Positions 12,083 to 24,959 of a stretch of 64,000 nt of DNA are shown here, in pieces. The first letter of the stretch is position 1. Each line of letters begins with the position of its first letter. The notes under the pieces were generated by a model. The model was not told where the DNA came from and searched no databases. It saw nothing but the letters and a program-made list of their open reading frames with translations. Origin of the DNA: Mobula hypostoma (Eukaryota); assembly GCF_963921235.1 (NCBI RefSeq), contig NC_086097.1, forward strand, positions 82,400,001-82,464,000. Reading direction: 5' to 3'. The position numbers and the translations under genes were made by a program.

Positions 12083-12886
12083 TACTTTCAATTTTGAGAT
12101 ATTTGAACTTATGATCAAATTTACAATTGACAATACTTATGAAAACTCTGCCAGGTTTTGATAAGTTATTAAGTGCTAATTTGATCTGTGATTTTTCTTA
12201 ATGGGTGTTTTTTTCTGTGTTCAGATTACTCAGTGTCTAAAATTGCTTATACTCATGATACAATCCATAGTTCCATGTGAGGACTGACGTGGTACAATTT
12301 TCCATCAGGAAATTGTCCAAGTTGTGCTTCTGCTTGCAGTGGCCATCAATTGCCAACAGAGGCTCTATTTCCAAGAATCAAAGATTACTTTTTTTCTTTG
12401 ACATATTTAGTCTGTTAACTGGAAGGCTTATATCTTTAACATCCTTGGATGCCACTTTTTGAACATTCACCATGTTTTATGATTTGGTGAGCGGAACCAT
12501 CCATAGTAGTAAATGTGTCACCAGACCAGAACCTCGTACAGGTTTAACTTGCTTCACCTCTTCTCAGTGTCATACCCTGAGAAATAAATCTCAGTAGCTG
12601 GTAAATTTTAGTAATTGCGATGCTGCATTATTCCACCTCTACATCTATGAGAAGTATTAAAAGATCTGTGATTATTGAAATCATATTGTGATGATATTGG
12701 GTTCGCCAACCGTAAAGTTGTAAACTTAAACAAAGATCTTAAGCCCTATCCAATATAGACAGCTATGGGTACCCTCACTAAAGGGAGGTTATGCTGTTGC
12801 CACCCAATCTTCTAAGACTAGTTCACTTCAACACACACTACACGCTGGAGGAACTCAGCAGGTCGGGCAGCATCCGTGGAAACGAA

Positions 12887-12924
12887 CAGTCAACGTTTCG
12901 GGCCGAGACCCTTCATCAGGACTA
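12887..12924 (-). ncRNA. Minimal type I hammerhead ribozyme motif (PLE-associated)
   Basis: UAGUC-CUGAUGA-A-GGGUCUCGGCCC-GAAA-CGUU-GACUG: stem I, conserved core, stem II hairpin, GAAA, minimal stem III and NUH. Confidence 0.75.
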
Positions 12925-13377
12925 AAGAGGGAGGGGGCAGGGGCCCTATAAGGAAGGTGGGGGGAGGGTGGGAAGGAGAAGGCTGGTAGGGGACAGGTGA
13001 AAAACCAGTAAGGGTAAAGGTAAAGGGGTGGGAGAGGGGAAGCAGGGAGTGGATAGGCAGGAAAGGTGAAGAAGGACTGGGGAAAGCACAATGGGTAGTA
13101 GGGAGGGGGCAGTTCCCTCTGCCTCCCTTCCCCCATCCCAGTTCCAATCTGCCCCCTCCTCCAGCTGCCTATCACCTCCCTCATGGTTCCGCCTCCTTCT
13201 ACTACCCATTGTGTTTTCCCCAATTCCTTCTTCACCTTTCCTGCCTGTCACCTCCCTGCTTCCCCTCCCCCACCCCTTTATCTTTCCCCTTACTGGTTTT
13301 TCACCTGGAATCTACCAGACCTTCTCCTTCCCACCCTCCCCCCACCTTCTTTATAGGGCCCCTGCCCCCTCCCTCTT

Positions 13378-13415
13378 CAGTCCTGACGAAAGGTCTCGGC
13401 CTGAAACGTTGACTG
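13378..13415 (+). ncRNA. Minimal type I hammerhead ribozyme motif (PLE-associated)
   Basis: CAGUC-CUGACGA-A-AGGUCUCGGCCU-GAAA-CGUU-GACUG. Stem II closes A-U here versus G-C in the other copy. Confidence 0.75.
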
Positions 13416-15391
13416 TTCGTTTCCACGGATGCTGCCTGACCTGCTGAGTTTGTCCAGCGTGTAGTGCGTGTTGCTTTGACCCCAGCATCTGCAGAGTATT
13501 TTGTGTTTACTAGTTCACTTCGCTGTTTATCCTCCACGGAGAGTTTAGCTGCCAATATCCACTAGCTGAGCAGTGGGTCTCCCTCCCTACCAAGTAGGAG
13601 ATACTTCGAGCTATCAAAGTTCTTTAAACACTGTTCATTTATTTTCAGCGATATATGTTTACATTTAGATAAAATTCTTAAAACACATTTAATACTCACA
13701 GAGGATTTCTTTCTTACAAATGATTTATAGATTGCAAACCATTTCAAAAAAGAACAAAAGGTTTTCAAAACACAGCTACAATTTCTATAGGCTAAAAAGA
13801 CATGGCAACAAATTGAAAACGGATGAGTTGTCCATCACAGAAACTGAACACAGATGAATGGATTCTAGTTTTTGTGGTCTTTCTGTCATGATATCCATGG
13901 ACCATTCCTATTAAACCTGGCAGCTCTCTTAGCTTTAAACGTTTTTTTTGCCACTTATGTGATGTCACATTCATGTGATATTTTTTCAGGTACCTTTTCA
14001 AACATGTGGTCTAAAATCTTCTAGAGACAGAATTCTCAAATGTTGGAGAGTAGCATGGAGTTATGTGGATATAGCAGATATTAATTCAAACAAGAACCAG
14101 TCTTCAGTCCTTACTGTGAATGTAAATAAGTTCAGGATGCTTGCAATTCGCCTTTATTTTTTTGTAAATTGCAAGCAGTAAATTGAAGTTACAAGTATTG
14201 GCTGCTCCATAGATTAGAAAATTGCATATGCATCAGCCATACATTAAGACAATGGGGTTGTGTTAATTGCCATGCATTAACAATAGGTTTAAGGAACTTG
14301 GATCGTTTTGTATATTCAGCTAAGTGCCCTACCATTTGAACATTCATTGTAGATGCGCAATTCAAAGGAAACAGTGTCAACCCAAAATATTCAAGTAAAC
14401 AATGTAAATGCAGCTATTGAAACTGTATTGAACTGTAGTGTTAACATTGTTCCTGAGGGTATTAAATATGTGATGTACTGTTCTTTCGAGTTTTGTGAGC
14501 CTCGACCAGAATGGTGCCCCTGGAATAATGCCTGCTTATTGTGCTGAATAAGGATTTCTATTAACACCAACTTCAGCTTATCTCTGGTGACTTCGATCAC
14601 CGTCACAACATTTGAGGGCTCGTCTGGGATAAGTTTATGATCTGCTGAGTGGCCAGTGACTTACGCAGTCCAAGGGTGTGTATTTTTTAGAGTAGTGCCC
14701 AAACAGATCTGTTCAGGTCAATGACCACGGGGTCACAGCGTATCAAAGAACGTGATGGAGAGCTGAATTAGTAGATATAAAAGTGTGGTGTTTGCGCATG
14801 TGTGTTTGTTTAAGGGACCAATTATCAGATAGCTTTGGATAGCTTGGTGAGACAGGGCCACAGTTGCAAAAGGTAGTTACTGACCATTTGGACACCAGAG
14901 GAGTATGTATATAATAATTCAGGGGAACTATACAGTGGCTTACTTGTTTGTGACTGCGCTGGTGTGTTTCAGAATAAGCTTGAAACATTGGTAACAAGGG
15001 TTTTAAATGCAAGGGAATACAACAGGCATCATGAGCTCAGTGGTACAGAAGTGAAAGATTGCAGAGTACCTTCTAAATCCAATTGTGTTTTGAGTATATA
15101 CTGTTGAATTTTTATCCATCATTTATATTTTGCTTAGTATGGGAATAACCGTGGAAATATTTAAGAGAGCGGTAAAACCCAGATACATTTGTTAGGATGG
15201 CACCCATGGAGGTCAGACAATGGAAGGTTGAGCATCCTGGTGACCCAAGCCAGCCCCTGAGCCTGATTACCACCACTCACAGACCCTTCACTCCAGGGGA
15301 GAAGCACAACATTTTGGCAAAGCTGCTTGTGTGAAATAATTGAAATTCACCTGGTGCACCCAAAAGATAGAGACATGTTGGTTAAAACAAA

Positions 15392-15679
15392 GGCATCCGT
15401 TAGTCTTGCAAGACCATGGATCTGTGCCTGGAAAGTCTTCACTCTCCAGGGCGCAGGCCTGGGCAAGGTTGTACGGAAGACCGGCAGTTGACCATGCTGC
15501 AAGTCTCCCCTCTCCTTGCCACCGATGTTGTCCAAGGGAAGGGCAAGGGCCAATACAGCTTGGCACTGTGTGGTTAAGTGCCTTGCTCAAGGATACAACA
15601 TACTGCCTCAGCTGGGGCTCGAACTCACGACCTTCAGGTCGCTAGTCGAATGCCTTAATCACTTGGCCACATGCCCACA
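15392..15679 (-). mobile_element. tRNA-derived SINE with RTE-like tail, inserted in the ERV
   Basis: Homologous to 3460-3765. A-box tggccaagtg, B-box gttcgagcc. Perfect 13-bp TSD TGGTTAAAACAAA at 15379-15391 and 15680-15692. Confidence 0.85.
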
Positions 15680-17559
15680 TGGTTAAAACAAAATGCCCAA
15701 GGAATAAGGGATAGTCCGGCCCAGTGATAGCAGGGTGGTGCACGGGCAACTACTGGGAATGCCAGCAATGAAGAGAGATTTTGCTGCTTTAAGGGAGAGA
15801 TGCAGCAGTGACGAGAGATTTGAGGGTAACTGGGGAATGATAATGTCAACAGTTTAGAGAGCTGATGAACCCACCATGGATTATGCAGAGCATATGAGAA
15901 GTATTCGTGGTTGGACAATCCAAGGAGGGATGATCCATTCTTCCTGAAAAAGCTGAAGGAATGCCTGAACTCAGTGGAACAGGAAGTTTTAGATTTGGGA
16001 TCGTGGGATTGACCTGCTCAGTGATAGTATCATGGACCGTGGAGGGTGATGAGAAGTTGTAAGGTGGCTGTAGTGGATGCACTTGCTGCGGACTTGCTTT
16101 GTGTGCCAACAACCAGGGCACCTAGCACGGGAGTGCCTGAACAGACATAAAGGGGTAAAGCAGATGATAGGTCATAGTTGTGGTCTATTGAACCATAGTT
16201 GTGGTCAATTGGACCCTTTTCCACGACTGGAGTGGTGGTTTACATTACCAGGCAGAGAGAAGACAATTTCAGATACTTGAGTTGAGGAAGTGCAATGTCT
16301 TGGAGATTTTTGGGTATGCCCAAACAATTGAGGTACTGTCTTGGGGATAGACACATAAGTAAGACAGTTGCTATCATAGAAAAAGAGAAATAACATGGGC
16401 AAGACAGGGAAAGCAGGCATGTGTGATCCCCAGAGTGGGCAACATGGCTCACAGAGACAGCGGTTCCAAGCGGGGACAGGAGGTGGGACAATGTGTGTGA
16501 ATCATGTCAGGAGGTCCCTCAGGTTAAACCCAGTCAGGTGTTAAAAGCATTGCAGCTGCCTGCAGAGATAACAGCAGTTAGAGTGGAGGCACACCAGGAA
16601 GGGGAAAGTAAGGAGTAGAAAGAGAATGAGTGTGCAGATCACAGGGTAAAGAGAGAAAAGGAACACAAGTCGACAAAAATTGAAAGAGTTCAGGAAGAAA
16701 CTACTGCGGTCAATTTAGTAAGACTATATGGGAGTGTGAAGGATTAATGTAACCAGGTTGGTATGTTGAGAGACCGAGCAAAGCAACCGCAGCATATTGC
16801 TGATTGGAGACAGCCTGACAGAGAGAAGATAATCCTCCCACAGCGGGGTGACCAAGTCATGGCAAGGGAACTGCACGAATTCAGGATTCATTCCCAGATG
16901 GGTAGGACCACAGGTGGTGCTTCCAACAACTGTCACCTGTGTCTGGATGCAGCCCTGGTGAGGCAGCCAGTGGAAACACTGAGCTCGGGTTTCAGAACAA
17001 GGGATCAAGTCCACCCAGTAACAGTGTCATTCCAGAGAATTTAACACCAACCTGCTGTATCACATCCGACCATTCCAGAGGGAATCAGGCCTGCGGATGA
17101 AAAGGGATGGGAATGCGAATGCAGAAGGCAGAGAAAGAGTGTGTCAGCAAGCCGAGAATAAAGTTTAAAGTATAACAGTAACTATACTTTGTAATCAAGG
17201 CTGGCTCTTGATGGTAGATGACTTGTTGTAAAGATAAGAATAGAAAGATATTGGGAAAATAGATGACAAAGGATCCAAGTCACAGTAGTGACATCAAGTT
17301 CGACAACCTTAATAGCAAGGCACACTGAGAAAGAGAGAAGAAACTGCACAAGGTGGCTGAAGGCAACCACCCTAGCCGAATGGGGAGTGAAACACAAATA
17401 AGTTGCACCAGCGATCAAAGGATAGACTGGGAGGGGGCATCACCAGATTAAAGTCCTTGGGGCCGTTCGAATAGAGACAACCCCAAACCCTCCTACAGAT
17501 TGAATAAAGGGTCTGAGAGACTTCTTGTCAGATTATTCTGATAATCTTCTGTCATGGCA

Positions 17560-18895
17560 CAGACATCCCACCTCTCCCGGAAGTTCCGGGGGTCTCCCAC
17601 ATATCGATAGTGGCTCCCTGACGCCCGGAAATTATATACAATATCCGGGAAATAGATTTTTTTGAGAAAGAGAGGGTGAGGGAGAGTGAGCATCCTGATT
17701 GGTCTCTCTTCGTGCTAAGAGTGGCCGCGAGGAAATGATATGATTTGGTGATATGAAACGATATGAGTCAACTGCACCTTTCCTCATTCCCTGTCACGCC
17801 CACTGTTGAGCTTGAACGCACATGAGGTCATTACCCGCGCGTCATCCATGTCAGCGCAGGAAGGAGATTAACTCCTCGAGCTTGCAGATGAAGGCAGGCT
17901 GAAAAATATGTTTGACATAACATCTCTGCCGGCATTCTGGATCCAATTCAAGGCTAAGTATCCTGAGATAGCCACGTAAGCACTGAAAACGCTGCTTCCA
18001 TTTCCAACATCATATCGCTGTGAAGCGGAGTTTTTTGCAATGAATGCAACGGAAACTATATTGCGGAATAGACTGGACATAAGGAACCCCCTTCGAGTAT
18101 CGCTGTCTCCCATCACCCCTCCATGGGACCGTCTTGTTGCAGGAAAACAAGCCCAGGGCTCCCACTGATTCAGCGAGATTGGTGTTGCAATGATTTTATA
18201 TGTTCATACGGGGACAATATACACTGTGTTTAATATCCAAACGTTACTTAAAATGTTATGATGCTATTGACTTATAGCCTATATTCCGGTCGTGATTAAC
18301 ACCCCCCCCACCCTCCGCCGGTTGGCCGGTCCGCAAGAATGTTGTCAATATTAAACCGGTCTGTGGTGCAAAAAAGGTTGGGGACCCCTGCTAAGTAGAC
18401 CTATCAGTTTTCTGTGGGTGGGCTTTACAGTTGACCTCAAAAATAATGACAGTGTTGCTCACTGCACTGTTTGCAACAGTGACTTTTCTATTGCCCATGG
18501 TGGGTTAAAATGTAAAAGACATGTTGAGGTGAGTTTAACAGGTGTCATTCGTTCATTAGCGTAGCTAAACATTACTTAAAGTAGCTGGCTGGCTGCTAAG
18601 GAGCTATGCTATTGATGTCCTACGTGATGAGGCCAAACTCCCTGTAGACTTGCTTAAGGTTGTAATAGAATAAACATGATAATATAATATAAGTACATAT
18701 TTTAATGTCACATTTTCTGCATATACCCAGCTTGGTTTACAGATTAGAGAAAATCACAAAACAAAGTATTACATACACCCTTGGAGGTCGACGGGGGTGG
18801 GGGAGGGATATGGGGTTGCGGGAGGCGGGGGTGCTACCTCCCTGAAATGGTGGTGATACCTCCCTGAAATGAGTTTTTGCAGGGTGGGATGGCTG
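17560..18895. mobile_element. Non-autonomous TIR DNA transposon (probably hAT superfamily) inserted in the ERV
   Basis: TIRs CAGACATCCCACC / GGTGGGATGGCTG (1 mismatch). Flanking duplication CATGGCA at 17553-17559 and 18896-18902. Confidence 0.75.
17720..18390 (+). mobile_element. Second Charlie/Buster-like hAT copy nested in the TIR element; left end deleted
   Basis: Reverse-orientation homologue of 568-1684. Right TIR ggttggggacccctg is followed by ctaagtag, with a ctaag remnant at the left. Transposase C-terminus ending AGKQAQGSH*. Confidence 0.85.
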
Positions 18896-21800
18896 CATGG
18901 CATGGCGTGTGAACAGTTGCCAGTAAACCGAAAAGAAAGCTACTTCGATGGTGCCCCGGCCCACAGTGCAACTGCTGACAGACACGACTGATAGTTTTAG
19001 CTATCAGAGATTGAAGGTCAAATTTCTGGCATGTTTTATTGGCATCTCTACTCAGTCTTGTAGATAGCTAGTTAGGGATGTTAGATGCTAGATGTGTAGA
19101 TGTAGATACACAGAGGGGCATGATAGGTTAGTCATCGGGAAAGGATCTGAAGTGAAGGGCATTTCCACTGCCTCACTTAATCAGATCCTCTTTAAGGTTT
19201 GGCCTTCCTGGGACAGACTTCTGTCCAGCCATCAAGAGGAGGGTATGTTAGGAAGAATTCTGGAATTATATGGATATAGCAGATATTAATTCAAACAAGA
19301 ACCAGTCTTCAGTTCCTTATCATAAATGTAGATAAATTCAGGATGCTTGCGATTCACCTTCAATATTTTTGTAAATTGCAAGCAGTAAATTGAAGTTACA
19401 AGCACAGGCTGCTCCACAGATTAAGTAATTGCATATGCATCAGCCGTACTTTTAGACAATTTGTTGTGTTAATGGCCCTGCATCAACTATGAGTTTGCAC
19501 CATTGTGTCAGTTCAGGTAAGTGTTCCAGCCAAGGGATTTGAATGTTCAGAAGTGTCTCCCAATGTACAGCAATTCAAAGGAAGCATTGTCAGCCCATAG
19601 TATTGAAGTAAATGATGTCATTGTAACTAGTGAAACTGTATTAAATCACTTATTATTACCTTTGATCTTAACAGTATAAAATATGTGATGTACTTTGTGA
19701 TTCTCTACCGAGAGTGTCTCCAGAATGATGCCTGCCTGTTGTGCTGAATATAGAGTTCTCTTTCACCAGTTTCAATGTCTCTCCGGTGACTTTGATCAGA
19801 TATCCAAAATTAATGTTGTGAAGCTGACTCTCTGAGCACACAAACCTTCCGACTAATAATAGATCAACTCTTTGATGTGCCAAGTAATACTATCAACCTG
19901 GTTTGGAATAACTTGGGCGGTGTTATCTTCTTTGAAACAAGCCCAATGACTAAGTAACTTGGACAGTGTTATCTTCTTTGAAACAAGCCCAACTAACATA
20001 ACACCATTGTCTTATACTCCATCTTTTGAGAAGACAGCCTGGTGCTGTGCACCAACAGTCTGCAGCTCTATAGACCATGATGTTTGTTTGCAAAGCTGTC
20101 CTTTTAACTTCAGATGGGTTTTTGCTTGCTGTTTACATTAAGATTTGAAGACTGGCTCCTGTTTATGACAAGAAGCTGAACAAAGAATATTGGTTGGAAG
20201 TTTCTTTTGATCTCTAGAAGTATCAGCTACTATGTTTAGAAAGCTGAACTTGGCAAAAAAGAAAAGTGTACCAGCCACGGACAGTGAACATCCATCACAG
20301 TATAACTATAAATGTGGTTTGAAAGTTTCCATGTTTCACAGCAAAGAATGATTGTATACCTGTGGTTAGAGTAACATACCTTAGTGCTGCTGGCGGCAGG
20401 CAGTGGGTGAGGAGGAATACAGAATAAAGTGTAAATTTCTGGGTGGTTAATAGGCACCATATCTTATGAACTCCATGGTACACTACTAAAACATTGTCAG
20501 GACTGTAGATAAGGACACCTGTCAGAAATGCCAAACTAATGATAGCTTTACTAGTGCAAGTTAATGACTAATAGTTTGCAATCTTCTGAAATGTTACCAG
20601 AGCTCATTGGGTTCAATATTGCTGCACGTATAACCTTTGATAGGAGACATTTTAACACCCTGTATTAGACACTTAAAAATGTTCTTGGTTCTGTTAGTTG
20701 CTTTGAAACAGTGACTAATGGTTTTACAGCATAAGGTATTTTCCTTTCCTTGATACAGTTTAGATATTTTTCCGTTTACTCAGGGGGTAAAGAATGATAC
20801 TGATTTTTTATTATTTTATATTAAATATATCATGGATTGTATTCAAAATGAAGCTTATTTTACTTGGACCCATCAATATAATTTTATTAGACCAAAGGCA
20901 TGACATTTAATATCAGTCAAACAACCTGTTCTGAAAGAGTGTGAATCCACTTTCAGGGACAATATGTTAGGAAATAGTGATTAGAATCGAGTGGTATTTG
21001 ACCTTCCTGTGCTTTCCAATTGCCCTGCCTTAATCCTTACATAGGGCTGAAATTTTACAAATCATAATAAGATACTAAATTTTTCTTTGCTTTATGAGTT
21101 TTTAGACTTAAAACTCTTCAGTTAATTGAAGAAAAATTTTTGTCATAGAACAAAGAAAAGGTTGGACTGTTTGCCTAGAAACTACAACAAATGCTTTCAA
21201 TGCTTGCTTTGTCCACTGTGCCTGTCACCACACCTGTTGCAACTAATAATGAGATACCATGGTCACATGGGGAAGAATTAGCTCATGGGTTTTAATGTAA
21301 TTGGGAATATGAACAGCTCAATACATACAAACATACATCTAAATAAAGAAGGAGCAGTAATCGGCCACTCGGCTCCTTGAGTCTCTCCCCAAAGATCGTG
21401 GCTGATTGGTAAGCACTTCCCTGTGGAAAAAGCTTGCCGTGCTTTTCATAATTACCTACTGCTCATCCAGTAGCCAAACTAGCCATGAAAATTAGATATT
21501 AATTAATGATTGCAAGAAAATATCAAAAACTAGGTTGATGTGCCTGAATACATGATAGCTGGTAGTCCTAACAGAAACACTCAACATTCAGCAGTCCATA
21601 ATTATATCAAAAAATGTCCAAAGTAGCAGCTGCTAAACCCAACAGATGTCGTTGCTCCAAGTCTCATTTCCAAATTAATAAACGTGTAATTGAAAAGCAA
21701 CACCTGAGTCATCACAGGACATTGTCTCCACCCCCATCCCCACTGAGAATGTATGGAGTACTTTATTGGCAGAGGCCTTAGAGCAGATCACGTGTTCATT

Positions 21801-22299
21801 CTCTGTGTACTGTGCTGACACTGTCGTTTGTGATCCTGATTCGAGTCAAGGATCATTGAATGAGAGTATGCTTTGCTACTGAATCGCACAGTTCACTGCA
21901 CAGATTTTTTTTGGATATATTAGCTGCACTGACATATTGTGCAGAAATTCTCTTTGTTTACATAAACTTTAATACTAAATTATGACAATTGCTACTACGG
22001 TTGTCCTAATAGCCATTAATTAAGCAACAGTCCTGGCCTTCTCAGTGTTTATTACAGTGGTGAATTAGCTTTAGGGCTCCCATTGATAGTTTTAGGAATC
22101 TGCCCACTTAGATGGGGTATTCAGGCAACTAGCCAAAAGCCAAGAGTAGTTATTCCTCTCTTGCCACTAATGCAATAGAAGCTGCTGGTCTGTCCCAGTA
22201 CAAAGTGTTGATAGACTCCGGAAAGCATGCCTACCCGCACCGTACCCAGTCAAAGTGACTCCAAGTGTTGTATCACAGGAAGTGCACTAGTTAATGTGT

Positions 22300-22430
22300 T
22301 CACAGCAAATACTGCAAACAGCCAAGAATAAATGATCAGATTATTTGTATTGGAAGTTTGCTAAGGGATAGTTGTTAAACACCCTAAGTGGGGAGAATGC
22401 CCTAGGTTCAAAGTTCTTTTCCACCAGGGA
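22300..22430 (-). mobile_element. Highly decayed DeuSINE/SacSINE-like remnant
   Basis: cacagcaaatactgcaaacagc...aatgatcagattatttgt...agggata resembles the reverse complement of the Deu domain as I recall it. Confidence 0.4.
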
Positions 22431-23639
22431 AGGCACATGAAATGCACCCTAGTTTTATGCAAGGTCACTGCCCCACTCCTACTGTCAGTCCAGTTCTATT
22501 TCCCAGAAGGCAATATGTGTGATAGAATAAACCTAACACACTAAGTCTCATGTAATGGCTGTGGAAATGAAGTAGGCCCAAGATTTCAGTGTTGGAGGAA
22601 GAGGAAGGAACAGGCCTGGAGCTGGGAGTGTGGATAGGAAATGTAGGTAGAAAGCAGCATTAGCTGATGGAGAAGCATTGTTAATTGGCACAGTGTGTGG
22701 AAATACCAAGGAATGTATTTAAAGGGGAATCTCCAAAAAAGATAAAGCACTCAGACCCAGCAAATGTGGACCAGATAAGTGTGGATCTCGTTTAACTAAT
22801 GCTGAAGCAGGCGTCCACATTCCAGGTGATGTCCACTTCATTATAAATGGTCTGAGTTGTTCGCAGACTTCAAATTTTTAGGAAAACTTGGTGTGAGTTA
22901 CAACAAAGTATCTGGTGGTCCCTGCGTATGTGCAATGGAGCTGTGGCTAATTTAGAGAATGTGCCATATACACAAGGTTGAGATGCAGCTGGGTTTTAGA
23001 GTAAGTTTATTCAGGTAGTATACGGCATCTCAGAAATGCCCACTATCCGAGCCATGATATTTTCTTGCAGCTACAGTTGTTGTCGATAATAAAATAAAAT
23101 AACTGTGTCAAGAACACATGCATTCTTATGAGTCAAATGTACTTTATTTACTTGTGCACAAGGAGAACAGCATGGCCCCTGTCACCCACACTGTTCTGTA
23201 GCCAGGACAGAAAACTGCTATTTTTATACAGAATTGGCTTATCAGTTATGGATGTTGACCTCCTTACTTGCAAGATCAATTTCCATTCAAAATAGAGATG
23301 CGAAAGGTCAATAGAAACTACAAGCTGATAACCAATGACATTTTGAAGTTAGTAAAGTAATTTTCCTGTAGTTGTTGGGTGTGTTTCACATCTTTCTGTT
23401 GCTCCTATCTTATCTATCTCCAGAAGCTTCTACTGTGTAAAGGGAAGCTGTGTTCTAGATTGATTGCACACTGCCACAAACATTCCCACTTATCTCATCT
23501 GTAGTAAGCAAGGTTGTCTCTGGTAGTTTCGCTTCAAAAATCTGGGATGACTATAACTGCCCCAGGCTACGCTTGCTTGGATATCGTCTTTTAATCTTGC
23601 CTTAACACTACTTCTACACTCCCTCCTTTTTGTCCTGTA

Positions 23640-24200
23640 GAGGTCAATATAAATTTTATTGAATTTCAATAGCACAGAGTCTCTGAAACTCCATGAGAGT
23701 TTCTTCGGGGACACTTGGTTGTTGATATCAGGGACTTATGTGCAACATCCCTGGCTAATAATGGCAAAAGCACCACCTCTCTTAGACAACAGAAAGTCTA
23801 GTGCTAATCGATTTTGAAGGGCCACAGTGTGGATTGCCAGTATTTCAGCAGTGATGTCATTGATGCCTTGGCTCGGGCCATGCTGTGTCAGTAGCCAGTT
23901 TCTCCAGCAGTGCTGATGCCATGTTAATGCTTTCACGAGCCAGCCTGGCAGGTCCCCAGAACACGAACACTGCAATCCAGAAATGCCCAGTCTCCATCGT
24001 GCTCCTTTGCTAGCAGCCCCTCAGAGTAGGATGTAAAGAGAGAGTAGGCAGGTGGTACATCTATTGTACTACGTAGGCCAGATAACAACAACCCCTCCAT
24101 GGGCCAAAGATCCCATTTTAAGGGGTACTCCTCGCAGCCAATGATAGGCCTGATGGCCGTATTTGCAGAAAGTACCATTAACAGGATTCAGAGGGTCACC
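23640..24200 (-). pseudogene. Retroviral env remnant (SU C-terminus and TM ectodomain with ISU motif)
   Basis: WRGCCYLAYVV near 24070-24100; GINDITAEILAIHTVALQNRLALDFLLSKRGGAFAIISQGCCT*VPD, i.e. heptad repeat, ISU and a decayed CX6CC. Confidence 0.88.
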
Positions 24201-24349
24201 AGTAGTATAACCATTGCATGCACTGTTACCTAAGTCTAGTCCTGTCCCTTGATAGCTACAGTAACATCCTTCACCCCTATCCCCAGGAAGCAGTTTAGGA
24301 GCAGGTAGTGCGGGGGGTGGTTATACAATTGTTGTAGATATGTTGACTA

Positions 24350-24926
24350 TCATATCCCATATCCATGAGAAGCACGGAGGAACATCTGGAGAACCTTCTG
24401 AAATGCCCGCTTCGCTGCCGCTGCTACTGTGCGATCAAGAATCTCCAGAGGGGAAGACCCCAAATCCTCAGCTTTGCCTATTGCCTGTTGCCGGGGCCGG
24501 GGTCTAAGCGCTCGGCAGAGATGGTGCTCGGTGCTCGGTGTTGGAGGGCTGGTCGGAGGCTCCAAGTTTTCGGACAGACTCAAGAGTCGGCTGTGGTCGG
24601 GTGCTTCCAGGGTGCAAGTTTGTGGCGCTGGAGGTTCATGGCAGGAAGAGAATTTCTCTTCCTTCTACCGTCTGCGTGAGATGATGGGACTTTCGAGAGA
24701 CTTTGACACTTTTTTTTACCGTGCCCATGGTCTGTTCTTTATCAAATTACAGTATTGCTTTGCACTGTTGTAACTATATGTTATAATTATGTGGTTTTTG
24801 TCAGTTTTTTTTAGTCTTGGTTTGTCTTGTGTTTCTGTGATATCATTCTGGGGGATCATTGTATCATTTCTTAATGCATGCATTACTAAATGACAATAAA
24901 GGAGGACTGCGTGTCCTCATAATCTA
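24350..24926 (+). mobile_element. Non-autonomous retroelement / LINE 3' UTR inserted in the ERV
   Basis: GC-rich body, T-rich region, then aatgacaataaa...cataatcta tail; it interrupts the env-pol junction. Family not identified. Confidence 0.5.
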
Positions 24927-24959
24927 AAAAAATTCTCATAATAAAAAATTAGCAACATT

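Larger units (their letters stand above)
12830..13508. mobile_element. Penelope-like element (PLE) 3' ends in inverted arrangement
   Basis: Left arm (~12830-13107) is the reverse complement of the right arm (~13190-13475). Perfect 13-bp TSD ACTAGTTCACTTC at 12817-12829 and 13509-13521. Same terminal sequence as the GIY-YIG-bearing copies at 37886-39005, 44308-45585 and 47005-47605. Confidence 0.85.
14041..19809 (+). mobile_element. Decayed, internally deleted class I-like endogenous retrovirus
   Basis: LTR pair 14041-14610 and 19246-~19809; PBS-Pro tgagggctcgtctgggat at 14613-14630; PPT aagaggagggta at 19234-19245; zinc knuckle CFVCQQPGHLAREC (ORF 16077); RNase H end LKALQLPAEITAVRVEAHQEG...NECADH at 16541-16650; integrase-like remnant at 16763-17044. 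No TSD found. Confidence 0.8.

Noticed and set aside
12855..13555. Several overlapping Pro/Gly-rich ORFs
   Set aside because: Low-complexity purine/pyrimidine PLE termini read on both strands of an inverted repeat.
19815..20495. Additional solo LTR (TG start, 46-bp tandem duplication at ~19908-19992, AATAAA near 20423)
   Set aside because: No TSD or partner LTR found, so support is insufficient.
23640..24200. Domesticated env (syncytin-like) gene
   Set aside because: Frameshifts, a stop after GCCT, a lost first Cys of CX6CC and no visible membrane anchor.
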